Source of the DNA: Lingula anatina
Lineage: Eukaryota; Animalia; Brachiopoda
Assembly (NCBI GenBank): GCA_051362555.1
Contig: CM120643.1
Location: 19,286,848 to 19,350,847 of the forward strand
Length of the DNA stretch: 64,000 nucleotides
Direction of reading: 5' to 3'
The stretch's first letter is position 1, and every line of letters begins with the position of its first letter. The notes below the pieces were generated by a model. The model was not told where the DNA came from. It searched no databases and worked only from the letters and a program-made list of their open reading frames with translations. Shown here one piece after another: positions 1 to 12,600 of the stretch. The translations under genes were made by a program, and so were the position numbers.

Positions 1-327
1 GATGGATCAACAAAGATAGTTTGGAAGACTGTTAGAAAATATCTCTGGATCCGCCCCTGATTGTTCTAATCGTACGAGCCCAGGAATTCCATCCCTACGA
101 TAATCGTATAATTGTAAAGGCTGTGGAGTAGGCTACTTGGCCTGGAAGCAGCAGGCGCAGAGATGATCAGGGCAAACCCCAGCTGGCACGGTACAGAGTC
201 AAATGTCGTCTGCTTGTATTCCATTCTTTAGTGGAAAGACTGTGATGACGATCAGCAAACTTTATTGACGTAATCACAGACTTGGGCTGTAAACTTATGT
301 GTTTCTCAACAGACACTGGTTTGTTGT

Positions 328-364
<37 letters not shown>

Positions 365-3300
365 TCATGGAAAGGACATATATGTATATAGGTGTATGTA
401 TAAAGCTGTTTTTATTACAAAATTCAATATTTATGAATCATAAAACTAATATAAGTCCACGCAAAAAAATAAACTGTTCAAGACAAGTCAACTCAGTCCC
501 TGTAGCGAGTAAGAACGAAAATATGTTAATGATGTTAATCTTTGGTCTCCTGGCCTAAGGCTGCGTCTTTTCTCTGGTCTCCCACGACAAAAACTTAGAC
601 AAGGTGGACGGATAAGTTAACTGACAGGGTTGGAGAAAAGTATATTACTACCCTTAATAACCACGAAGTAACAGTTCCCAACAGTTCAAAATGCGAGTAG
701 ATCATTCTTTTTATTATCTTACCAAAAAATAATAAACCATTTTATCAGAATTATATGAGGAAGATAATAGTAAAAGGGCAGAAATTTCCACTGCTTTATT
801 ATTTTGGGTGTTTTATCTTTTTTAACTGGTTGATAGATTAATGAGCAACAAAGGGTAAGTGTAACGCACAAGAACTGTCCAAGACCAGCTCCTGGGCTAG
901 TATAACAGTATTAGGCAACGCACCTTCGGAACACCTTGTATTATATATGCCCTTTGGGCTTTTTGGGGGGCAAAATATATGTGACAGTGTGATATTTCTG
1001 GCGACAAAACCCTATTTTATGTTTGCAAACATCAAACTGTGACATCAGAGGAGTGCAGTCGTTTCAAGAAGACAAGTTTTTCATCACTAAATCTGACAGA
1101 GTGGTACATTTTACACAGATTTAAATAAGCCTCTTCAAAAGTAAAGCAGACGACAGTACGAGTGACATCCAGCTTTTGTAAGCGTGATTATCGTTACACG
1201 GCTTAGGTTTTGGTACAGTTCCCGAAGTCTCCGTTTATTTATGGAGATAATTTCTAAATAATAGTTGACTGTATTATTGCGACCACGGAGGTCTGCATTT
1301 ATCATAACAGTATAGCGTGTTGGAGTGTCAGCTGAACCACAATTATGGCGGTCTTGGAGACTCGACAAAATAGATGTCATGCGAGGGCGAGGGATAGGAC
1401 GGGGTCGGATAAGTAAGTATGTTAATTGTTCGTTCGTACAATAAAAAGTGGACATAGCGAAGATGTAGCGAATCAAACTGACCACTTTCAAATGACCACT
1501 TTCACCGGACAATGACGTTGTTTTGCGGCCCATTTGTCGCCAGAGTCATCCGTCTTAAATCAGGGCGCCTGTTGACGGAGGAGATGGCGTAATCAGAGAA
1601 TAAGAAGCGGCGTCATCGCGCATCAATTGTGGACATTATGCGAAAAAATTATGTATCTGTTTCCAGTGTGATTTACGACTTACAAACAGGCATGACAACG
1701 GCTTAAATTGAGCGATGCTGAGTCAGGAAAAGATGAACTACGACGAAAGAAAAAGAGTCTAAGGAGTTTCCTTTTTTTCGGATTGCCACGAGTATTTTAG
1801 AAAGTAAAAACAGATATCTATATACGCAGCAATCAGGAAGTTTGGGGCATTATTATCTGATCAAGAAGGCTACAAAACAGTAAGATCACTATGAGCAGCA
1901 TTCAGTGCATCGTTCTCTCCGCTGGGGGTCAACACGTGGTCAGAAAAGTTGACATGGGAAAGCCAGGTGCGTTCCCATGGAAATCAGCACGAGATCACAC
2001 CTTGAATTCACCAGGAATCTTAAGTTTTTCCCCTTCCAGCCACTTATAATAACACCTCCCGCGATTATAATTGTACTATCATTGATTTGGGATCTACCCC
2101 TCACCCCATTGAGCCATTAGAAACTTTATAAGATTACATTTTTACCACAATAACCTACTGTGAATTCTAATTCTCACAGCACCACGTCTTGTTCTGAAGA
2201 GGTACAAGAAAGCATTTCACGGGATATTATCTGAATTTAATATACTAATGACAAATAATTTCATAATTATGAGACTGTCCATCTTTGTTTCTTTTTTTTC
2301 CTTGCTGGGTATTCAGTCGTTTATGCACACGTGTACTGGTGACAAATCCTGCCTAAGTTTTGACCCCGACATGACGGAATCCTCAACCCGTCATTCTTTC
2401 TTTCTTTCTTTGTTTTTAATGATATTTCTGCAATGTATATCTAGGTTATGTGCGTGCTTGCGCGCGTGAGTGCGTGTACCTGACCAGGTGCGTGCAAGCG
2501 TGCGTGGCCTTCTGTATTCTTTCACTAATTATTAATAAAAACGAGAATCATTGACACGGGTGGGTTTGTGTCAATATTATTATGTCATCCCTTGTGCTAT
2601 AGTATTAGAATGTCAACATGTTTGAAAACTCTGGAGGAGTGCTAATTCTCTGTTATACAACTATATAACTTACCTGTTGGTTCAGCACCAAGCTGTGTAG
2701 TTAAGAGGTTCCTATTCTGACCGTCCTGCTATCAGTGTTACGTGTACAGTTTAGCTTTCGCCCTTGTGCCAATCTTAACATTTCACTGGCTCTACATAGA
2801 GTAATGAAAAAATAATTACTAGAGTATTTTTTTAATTTTTATTTGGAAGTGCTTACAAGAGAAATACAAGTCAGGTACGTGGAACTACCACCTTATTATT
2901 ATTTCAGCGGTGTTAAGGTATTGCGTATAGCACTAACAAATGAGAAAACTTGCCCCTACGCAGACAAATACTACCCTCTACCAGGTCTGCTAATTAATTA
3001 TGTGCATTTTTTCTTCGGCACAGCAGTCGTGATATTAACCATATTACATATATGAATATCTAGCGAAACGTTTTGACCATGTTCAAAAACAATTTCATTA
3101 TGTGCATCTTTCATACGCTAGGAAGTTGCGCGTATAATCGATGCCTCATACGATACTCATACGTACCTCTTTACGGTTGGTGTGACAGAGCCTGAGTAAC
3201 GCAAGAGTTGGTAAGACCTGTAACCATGATATTTTTATTTAATAAAATATTTTACCTAGAATGGTGACTTAGTGTTTTTTATTCTCCCCACCCCCTTTGC

Positions 3301-3594
3301 ACGACATATTGCAAGTCTGGCCTCCCCCACAAATAAATGGTATGCACTTTTTTCAGTTTTAGAATCCCAAACATTTACTTAAAAGTCTTAACCTTTTCTC
3401 CACTTACACAAGCCAACCGTTGCCGTAACATGCATGATTCTAATTCATTTGCCGATATGAATTATTATGTAAGTTAATTCGTCCAGAAAAAATATAAACC
3501 TCAATAGCCAATCCTCACATCTAGGCGCCCACATAATGTTTTCACCATTAACTTTCACTTTTATTAACTTTCACTTTCATTTTCTCACCCAGCC

Positions 3595-6500
3595 ATGTCT
3601 ACGGTAGGCAGTGCCAAGAGCAAGAGCACGGTGCGGAGTAACGCCAGCAGCCAGGGTACCGCCGGCTCCAGCAAGAGCCCTTACATCGGCCAGACCCCGC
3701 GGTACAACCGCACCTATCGCTCAATCAGTGACGCCTGGTGGAGCGTGGGGGAGTACATGCGCCCTGGGATTACCCATCAATCCGTGGGATTGTCCTTGAA
3801 GGGTGCAGGACTGATCGGTCAGCCCGAGGACACCGACACGTGGGACCTGAGCGACTCTCTCGCCGATATGTATGATAAAGTGATGCGGGAGATGAGGCAG
3901 AACATGCCGACAAAGAAAACAAACGGTGATAAAAGCATAGATGTCCGAGCTTGGCTGGAAAAGGACACAAGCAACGGATTCATCCGGGTCTTCATACCGG
4001 ATTCGGATTTAAGCAAATCATATTTGATTCCTTTAACACTGAACACACCGGCGGGAAGAGTGTGTCAAATATTAGGAATACCACCGAATTCGCTCCACGT
4101 GCAGTTGAATGGTGACATCATTCAGCGACTGGAGCCATACGAAAACCCATTGGTTATTCAGAACGAGTACCTCGCTACCATTGGCTACACTGATGTGACG
4201 CGTATCCAGGAGGAGGGGCATAACCCGGAAATTGGGTTCCAGATTAGATTTTACACAGGTGAGCGTATCTATTCCTATACTCAAACAATACCACTGATAT
4301 ATTATGTAACGATTTAAATAAAGTTGCCCAGCATTTGCCAAAAATTAGACTACATTGTTATGGTACGTTAATTGACTAAATATCCATGGCATTTCCAGTC
4401 GTTTGAAATGTATTATTACAAGAATTTACTTGGAAGTGATTTTTGTTAATTTTGGGAAAACTGTCATGTTAAATCTAAAAATGATTTGGTGTTTGGAAAT
4501 ATTTAAAATGTTAAATACGTCTCTATTTTGTTGTCCTTCGTGAAAGCACCCCCATTAATTTGGAGCTATTCTGTTAGATATCATAATAGTAAAAATCGAA
4601 ACAAGTCATTAAAAAAATGCGGCATTATTTTTCCTAGAAGTATTTGGGGGCTTACTTTGAAATACAAAAAAAAAAATCAAACTTCGAATGATCCTAAATT
4701 GATTATACATTAAATTTCATTTTATCTGTTGCTCCCTTTTGATACCATACACGTACGTATTCGACTTAAGCATTTCACAATAAAACATTGCACAAAAAGT
4801 GGCATTGAAAGGATTTTACTGAGGCATTTAAAAAGTGGATACCAAACATCAGAGCTATAAAAATGTGGACAACAGGCATACTGAACCCTATGACATACAC
4901 TTGCTGTTTATTATGTGTAATACCCTCCAGTTAATGCAAACACATTTATCCCAGCACCTCCCCGTTAAGTCAGCAAAACACGACACCACACAATATTCAG
5001 AGCTGTTTTTCTACAGTCAGTAATGCCCCAGTTAAGGACACTCGAGAAAGAACAAGAAATAACAGAATTCCCATTGTTAAGACAGTACAGAACTGTCTGA
5101 ACCGCCCCAAGATGTTTGCGGTTTACACTATAATGGATAATTGACCCGTAACGGTATGTCTTTTAGCTAAACAAAGGTGTCCACGTGATATTATTTCACA
5201 AAGTGCATTAAAATATTATTTGTATTTATATGTATTTTTTACTCATTAAGCGGATGATATGCAAGTTCCCAGGTTTTCTGAAACTCATTCTAAGTAGAAT
5301 AAATAAAAAAACAATAAGGTAAAACTAATGTGAGATGGATAGAATGACAAAGAACCTGAACATCAAATATGTTTAATTTGCACTCTCAGAAGAACGTTAA
5401 GAATATGTTTATTAATATAGTCAGGTTATACGTGGGGAGTGTGGACTGAAGAATGTGTGTTAAAGTACATATAATGTACAGTTGTCTTTTTGTTTATAGA
5501 AAACGAAAGAAGAAACGCAATTGTATTCATTATTAGTAATTTAGTATCATGTTTATTTGATTTATTTTTATTATTTCTAAAGGTTAGGCCTACACCTCGG
5601 ATCCCAGTCACACACACACACACCTATTGTATGGATTATTTCGGTGATGAAAACGCTTTTTATTTACGTTTGAGTATTTAACAAATTCTCATATACCATG
5701 ATCGTTTTTATTTAAAATATCAACTGAAATAAAGGAATTCTCCTGTTTCAGGCAAACCCTTCCATGACGGCACGTACTCCAGGAACCAGCTGCAGGCCTG
5801 GGTGGAGGTCCGTAAGGGGAAGGTGTTACACCAGTGGGCCCGGCGCCTGTGTATCATATCAGGCACCAGGTTATACATATACAGAGGTATAGACACTTCA
5901 CTTTGCATTTGGTATATCTACTTCAAGACTTACGTATATCAGGTTTTGCATTCATACAACATTAATTTTCTGAAATTCTTTGTAATAAAAGGGATGTGAT
6001 CTTCATTCGTGATGACTTTTGCTTTTACAGGCATAATTTATCCAATGTCATATTGATTTTTTCTCGATAATTTGTCAGACAAGGAACGCCGGAATACTCC
6101 CACGGTGGTTCAGCTGGCCAAGGGGTCTGTAGAGGAGGTCAGTATTAAAGGTCACGAACGCTGCCTCAAGCTGACCTCCACCATACAGGGTGAGAAGTCG
6201 GTGTTCCTGTCCTTCAGCAGTGAGTCTCAGTACGCTAAGTGGAGGAAGAAGTGTAAGAAGGTACGCTAACGTGACTTTCCATAGTTTCCTTGTAATATGC
6301 TGCCACCAATAAACTGGTGAAATATGTAAGTGTAGGACCGATTTGCTCACCTGTAGATAAACAATGTCAGCCGTGGTAATTTTCACAATTCGTTTTCTCA
6401 TAACCTTTTTATCTTATCCCTAGTTATGATTTCTTGAAATTCTTATTCTAAATATGTTTTCACAGTGATATACTGCATATTATTTCTATATTCACATATT

Positions 6501-8966
6501 GTAAAAACAGGCAACGTCAAAGCTTCCAACAAGCGCCGATCTCTCCAACAACCACCTTGAATTCCTCCCGGAGAACCTGTTCATCAACGAAGAGCTGACC
6601 ATGTTGAACCTGCGCCATAACGTCCTGAAGGAGAGGCCGATAGAGGACGACATCTACACCATAGGTTGGCTCGATGACCTTCCCAGGTACAACTTGAGGC
6701 CTGGTTTGGGTGCCTGAAAATTTTACTGCCAGTTCTGTCTGGACATGCTGCTCTGTCTGTCTGTCTGCCTGTCTGTCTGTTTGTCTGTCCTGTCTGCCTG
6801 GCTAAATGACCAATTACCTTTCTATTGCCTGTCTGTCTGTCCAATCTTTTCTGGACCAGTTTTAAAATAAGTTTGGAAAGTTTTGTACAGACTTAGCAAA
6901 CCAGTGCCATTTTAACACATTAGCAAACGGTGTTATCACAAGCGTCTGTACGAATTATTTCTGCTGTCGTATTTTCCAGATTTCGCCATTTGCGGAGTCT
7001 CAATCTAGCTGACAACAACCTCGGTGTTATCCCTACGTCTATCTACCTTATCAAGACACTGGTGGAGCTCAACGTGGCCAGCAACAAGCTAGAAGACATC
7101 CCATCGCAAATATCGAATTTATGCAAGTAAGTTTTCTCCAACAATTTTCATCATAATGAAATAATAAAAATGTGATGTTTTCTTTGCTGTGAATGTAGAT
7201 GTAGTTAAGGGCGTGGCTCAATCGTAACGCTGGAGATAAAGTACCTAGCTTTCCCTTTATTTGTTTTTTTTTTCGTGCTGTCAACCACCGAATTCAGCGT
7301 ATTCCAAATGTGGCGATGGTGACCTGATCTCGGGGAGGGAAGTCAGTTTTGGTAACCTTCTTTGGAAAGTCGGGTGCACAACTTTAAAGGAGGTCTTCAG
7401 TTTCGAGAAATTTGTCCCGAAGTGCGTTCTTCATATCGAGGATTCGACCCCTTTTCGCATTCAAATCACAAAATTTGTTTCCCTTAAAGTCCTTCGCCCT
7501 GTCGAGATTGAGACCTTTTTCGAGCCCAGCGATACCTGATACCCCTTTTGGGGTGTTTTAAGCTTTTTTTAAGAGGCTGCTTTGGGTGCCAGCTCCATAT
7601 ATTGGAAAACTGAAAAAAATACCTACATTTCACTTAGTTTCTCACAAATTAAAGTTGGCCTCAGATCACCTATCACAATCCAAAGAAATCAAAATTTGCA
7701 GGTACCATGTTAACTTATGTGGTGATTCCAAGCATAAAGTATTTAAAGGGATTACAACTGTTCATTTTGGCCAAAAATGAATTTTTCTGGGGTAAACGAC
7801 AATTTTCCCATACTTACTAAAGGTTAATGAATCCATTCCAACATTCAAAATTAGTCCCTGTTTTTTTTTTCTAAAAAGTTTTTTTTTTTGTGTGTGTGTG
7901 TTTAATATTTTTTAAGAGACTATTATAGAGTAGGCCTATAGTAAGCTATGGGGGTCACGTGATGTGATGTGAAATTCCAGAATAATTGCGTTAACCGCCG
8001 TTTTAGTGGTAAAATAAAGTTTATTATAATTCTATGAATTGTTTACAATGCATTTGTTGAGAAATATGGATATCATACGAACAGTTGTTGTCCCTTTAAG
8101 TCAATTCCGATGGATCTTGTAGAAAAATGGTTCTACATTGTACATCATATAACCAAATTAATCAAACTCTTCTATTTGAAAACAGCTTGCAGGCTCTTCA
8201 CATCCACAACAACCACCTCACCAGCCTCCCAGAGGAGATGGTGACACTGAAGAAACTGTTCATTCTGGTGCTGGCCTTCAACAAGTTCCCAGTCATCCCC
8301 AACACGGTCGCCATGATGACTAATGTGCGCATGACGGAAGTAGAAAACCTTATTATGGCGGGAAATTACGTAGAGAGACTTTCGGGCGAACTACTAGATA
8401 AGTTGAAATATGTGAAGAAAGTGGATCTTCGCATGAACCGTTTGACTCTTCCTCCGAGTGAAACGACAAAGTTTCATCTCCTGGAGCAATTGACTCATTT
8501 AGATATCAGGGACAACAAAGTGGCGGACTTGGATATCCGGAGCGTGAGAACGTTGGAGTACCTGAATTGTGAACGAAACAAGATGACAACGCTACAAGTC
8601 AACGGCGCGTCACTGAAGAATCTCTTTGCAGCGCACAACGGTAAGATTTTATGGTTAGATTCAGTAGAGTAAACGTCTTATTGAAGTTATTGTTTTACAT
8701 CTGATTGAATGTTGAAAGCCTTATTTGGTAATGTAATGGAATTTCTTTTTTAAAAAACATCTTTTAAATAGACTATATAAACAATCAGCGTTAGCCAATT
8801 TATATTAAATGCCACACAAATTTATTTTTACGTCGGTGAAACAATACTTTTCTTTGTAAGCAACAACTGCCACAAAGAAATATTGTATCAACTTTTAAGT
8901 ATGGTCATTTACTTAAGCATTTAAAAACATCGTGCTGCAATTTATCATAACTACAAAAAGATTCGA

Positions 8967-9034
<68 letters not shown>

Positions 9035-9636
9035 CAAATGAACCAGCTATTTTCCTCTCCAGACATCCACTACCTGTACATAACACCTAAACCAGAGTGG
9101 CTGGTGACTTTGGATGTCTCACAGTGAGTGGAGTCTTTAAAATAATAATAATAATAATAAGTTTTTATTCAGCCAATTGAGATACATAAATAAAAAGAAT
9201 GAAATTGGAATTTTTCACTATATTGAGATTTGAAATAGATAAAAACAGGTGCATGGTATAAAACTGAGTCTAAAGATAAAGAAATGACACGTTTAGAATT
9301 AAATCGGGAAACGCTTGTTAAAACATTTTGAATTTTTTAATTGAATTTTTGAATTGAACTTTTGAATTTTTTAAAGAAACTAACTTGATTTTATGTTGAA
9401 GTTTTATAGCACTAGTTTCCAAATAATTATCACTTGAAGACATTTAGAAATTTTAGTCCAAAATATCTCCAAAAAAATTTGAAAGTAATACCGTGCCTCC
9501 TAATTACTTCAGCAACAAACTAAAAGCTCTTCCAGAGTGGCTTCCGGATTGTTTCTTCCTTCAAAAGCTGCAGGCCAGCTACAACAGGATCACAACGCTG
9601 CCACCAAGGTTAGTACTGAGTGGTTAATACATGAGC

Positions 9637-9697
<61 letters not shown>

Positions 9698-12600
9698 CTT
9701 GACATTTAATATGGAATATTTTTTCCAAATCATAATTCATCAGTTTTTTTTCCTATTTTGCTGACTGATAAATGAAAATAAGGATTAAAATCGTGTTTTA
9801 ATAACTTTTGATAATCTATTCGATGTCAGTGTGACATCAGTTCATTAACTGAATTCGCCAGTGAAGCATACAAAAATACATTGCCTATTTTAAGTCATAC
9901 GACAACCATTGAAAGCGATATTTTGGATCTCCATATTTTCCAAATTATTGTCTTTAAAAGAGTTACACGTCCCACAAAGGCCCCCCATGTCAGTGTCTAG
10001 TCACAGCAACAGTCGCTGTTACGCTTGACCTCATCTTGCTGCTACCAGAGGTTTCAAGCCGCAAGGTATTCCTTATGATAGGTTTTTAGAGTTTAATCTG
10101 AAATAAAATTCCAGGCAACGGTTAAAACTTGTCCAATTTGGTTCAGTTTTGTTGTAGGACATACAGGCCGTTGATACGGCGAGTAATGACCTATGGACAT
10201 ATTGTCTATGTGGTTCAATTATGGTGATTTTGATGACCAAGGTAACTACTCATTCCCTTGGTTCTGTAAGTTATCTGCTATCAAAAGTGCTCTGTGTGAA
10301 CCGGCAATCTCATCGTGCAACCTAAAATTGTTCCTAAGTTGCCCCCTATCAAATGATAGTCAAGTGGTTCCCAGATTATTCATTTATTTGATCTGGTTCA
10401 GGTTTTCATCGATGACTACCATTGGTGTTTTGGCACCAATGTGGTATCCACTCCAAATACTGACACTGCCAATGACCCTGGTCACGTAGGAAGTGGCACA
10501 CGTTTCGTCGTAGGCCTCTTCAGGATGTCTGTAAACTCTGTTTTGACCAGTTTAGCGGTACAGGTGAAGTTTGACCCCAATAAAGAAATCCACGCGGTTT
10601 CTGTGTTCTACCCAGAAACGGTCATGGTCCCCAATTCATTAGAGAAACAGACTACGCTGCTTTGCTGTTTACAGTGGCTTCCTCAGAGGTCATCTGGTAT
10701 CTTAACCTGATGAAACCAGTTTGGTGTTAGCTAAGAGCCTTGAAAAACGCGTTTTGGTGACAATTTACCCCTCATTCAAAACGGACTGGGTGGTTTTGGT
10801 TTAATTGCAGCAGCATATCCTGAAGGACAGTGAGTCCTGTACCCTGGTGGTAAGACGTCAATGCATTGGGCGTGGTCTCTGTGTAGCTACATTAGTCTGG
10901 GCATTACTCTATAAAACTGTATAGACCATTCTGTTTGACACAATAATCTGTCTGGCAATGTCTGTGCTTTTCGCGCCATTCTGGCACAGCTTAACAATTT
11001 TGTAAAACACTGCTTATTTCATTTTACGCACTGCAAAACCGACCGCTTGCATACAAAATTTCAATTTCTTCTATGCAGTAATTGCCAATATATGGATACT
11101 TTTTTGACAGAACCATGCTTCGCCAAAGCCAAGCTTTGACCAGCCAAAGGAGCACTCCCCAATTAAATTAATGCATATTACACAAGGCCACAGAGCAACA
11201 GACTTGGTAGTCAGTTAATTGGCAGCGACACACCTGACTTCACATTTCTCCAGTCAGATGTCTTATATAAGATCTGAATTTTTTGAAAAAGAAGGCATTT
11301 TTACCTAGGTATACCTTTAAAACTGAAATATTCCATATTAAATGTCAAGTCTGTATATACAGTATATTAATTATACTTTGAGAACAGTTGTAGAACGTCG
11401 CATCAATCACAATGGCACTACTGCATTCAATTTACACGTTCGGGGTTATTGAACCTCCCTTAACTAAATAAGAATAATACTCTATTGTCATATCCTAATG
11501 GGTGTCTTCTTGCAGGATATTCCTAGACTCCAAGAAGCTCAAGTTTTTGTGGGTGGACCATAACGAGCTGGAGCAGCTTCCCCAGGACGTGGACGCCTTC
11601 TACGTGGAGGAACTTCACGTTGAGAACAACAAGATCAGGCTGCTGCCGGCGGACTTCCTAAGGAACGCTAACAAGTAAGCTGTCAAACGAAGTCACCCCT
11701 TCTTGTAGTCTACTGAAATTTTCCATAGTTCAGAGTATCCATAACTTTTTGGTAAAAATATCAATACCAATTTTCGGCCTCAATTACTTTTGGGAAACGA
11801 GAAACCCGTAATTAAATTTATAAGCTCTGTATTCAGTAAAGTAAAACATGAAAAATCTTCCTATTAATTATGAAAGTGCTCGGCAGCTGCAGATCAAGAA
11901 GTTATAATGAGAAGGAGTAGAAACGGGACATCAATTATCTCTCTCGTCCAATCAGATCGCAGCATTCTTTTCAAAGCGGCGTCCTTTGAAATTCGATCCT
12001 CGTAACTGGTCTAATCCTCCGCTCGCCTCCGCGTGACTCAAGACGGAGAAGCTGAACCAGTGCGTATACGTCTTGATTTATTCATGTTTAATGCGAATAT
12101 TTGGAAGTAATACTTAGAAAAACGCCAAGTCGAGCGATATAAAGGTGAGTGAGAGTTGATAATCTGCTTTGAGCATTGTTTTATGTTCATACGGTGGCTG
12201 TCAGTCAAATTTGTCAGTGCAGAGAGCAGCGTTAGTTCGAAGATCTGAGGCCGATTCAGCGGGACCTCCATGTTTAGGACTTTTTTCTTCTTAAGTGCGT
12301 GATGTATGCACATAATTTATGTTTTTCTGGTTAGTAAAGCACGTGCATCATTACAATACATCCCTTTAGTATTAAATGAGTCAATCCTTTAGATGAAAAA
12401 CATCGTTTCAAATAGACAACTTTTCATCCTATTTTTTCAAAATGGCGGGTCCCTAAATTGGTTAGAGACAGTTGGGTGACAGTTTGGGACAATTTTTGGT
12501 AATTTTAACGTGGTGTATGCAGATAATTTATGTTTTTCTGGTTAGTTAAGCACGTGCACCATTACAATACATCATAGTGATATTAAATGAGTCAATCCTT

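Noticed and set aside
330-363. 34-nt poly-C tract and other poly-G/C runs (e.g. ~22448-22474) as G-quadruplexes
   Set aside because: Homopolymer runs are common throughout the window and their length is assembly-sensitive; there is no specific evidence of function.
1135-1533. 132-aa minus-strand ORF
   Set aside because: No recognisable domain or splice context; probably a repeat fragment or promoter-region sequence.
7200-7600. CpG-rich intronic block beginning TTAA-GGGCGTGGCTC
   Set aside because: Probably a transposon fragment, but no matching second terminus or coding similarity could be found by eye.
10495-10530. Minus-strand CTGAAGA...GAAAC resembling a hammerhead core
   Set aside because: It lies within the Tc1 transposase codons (HPEEAYDETC) and has no convincing stems or cleavage triplet; coincidental.
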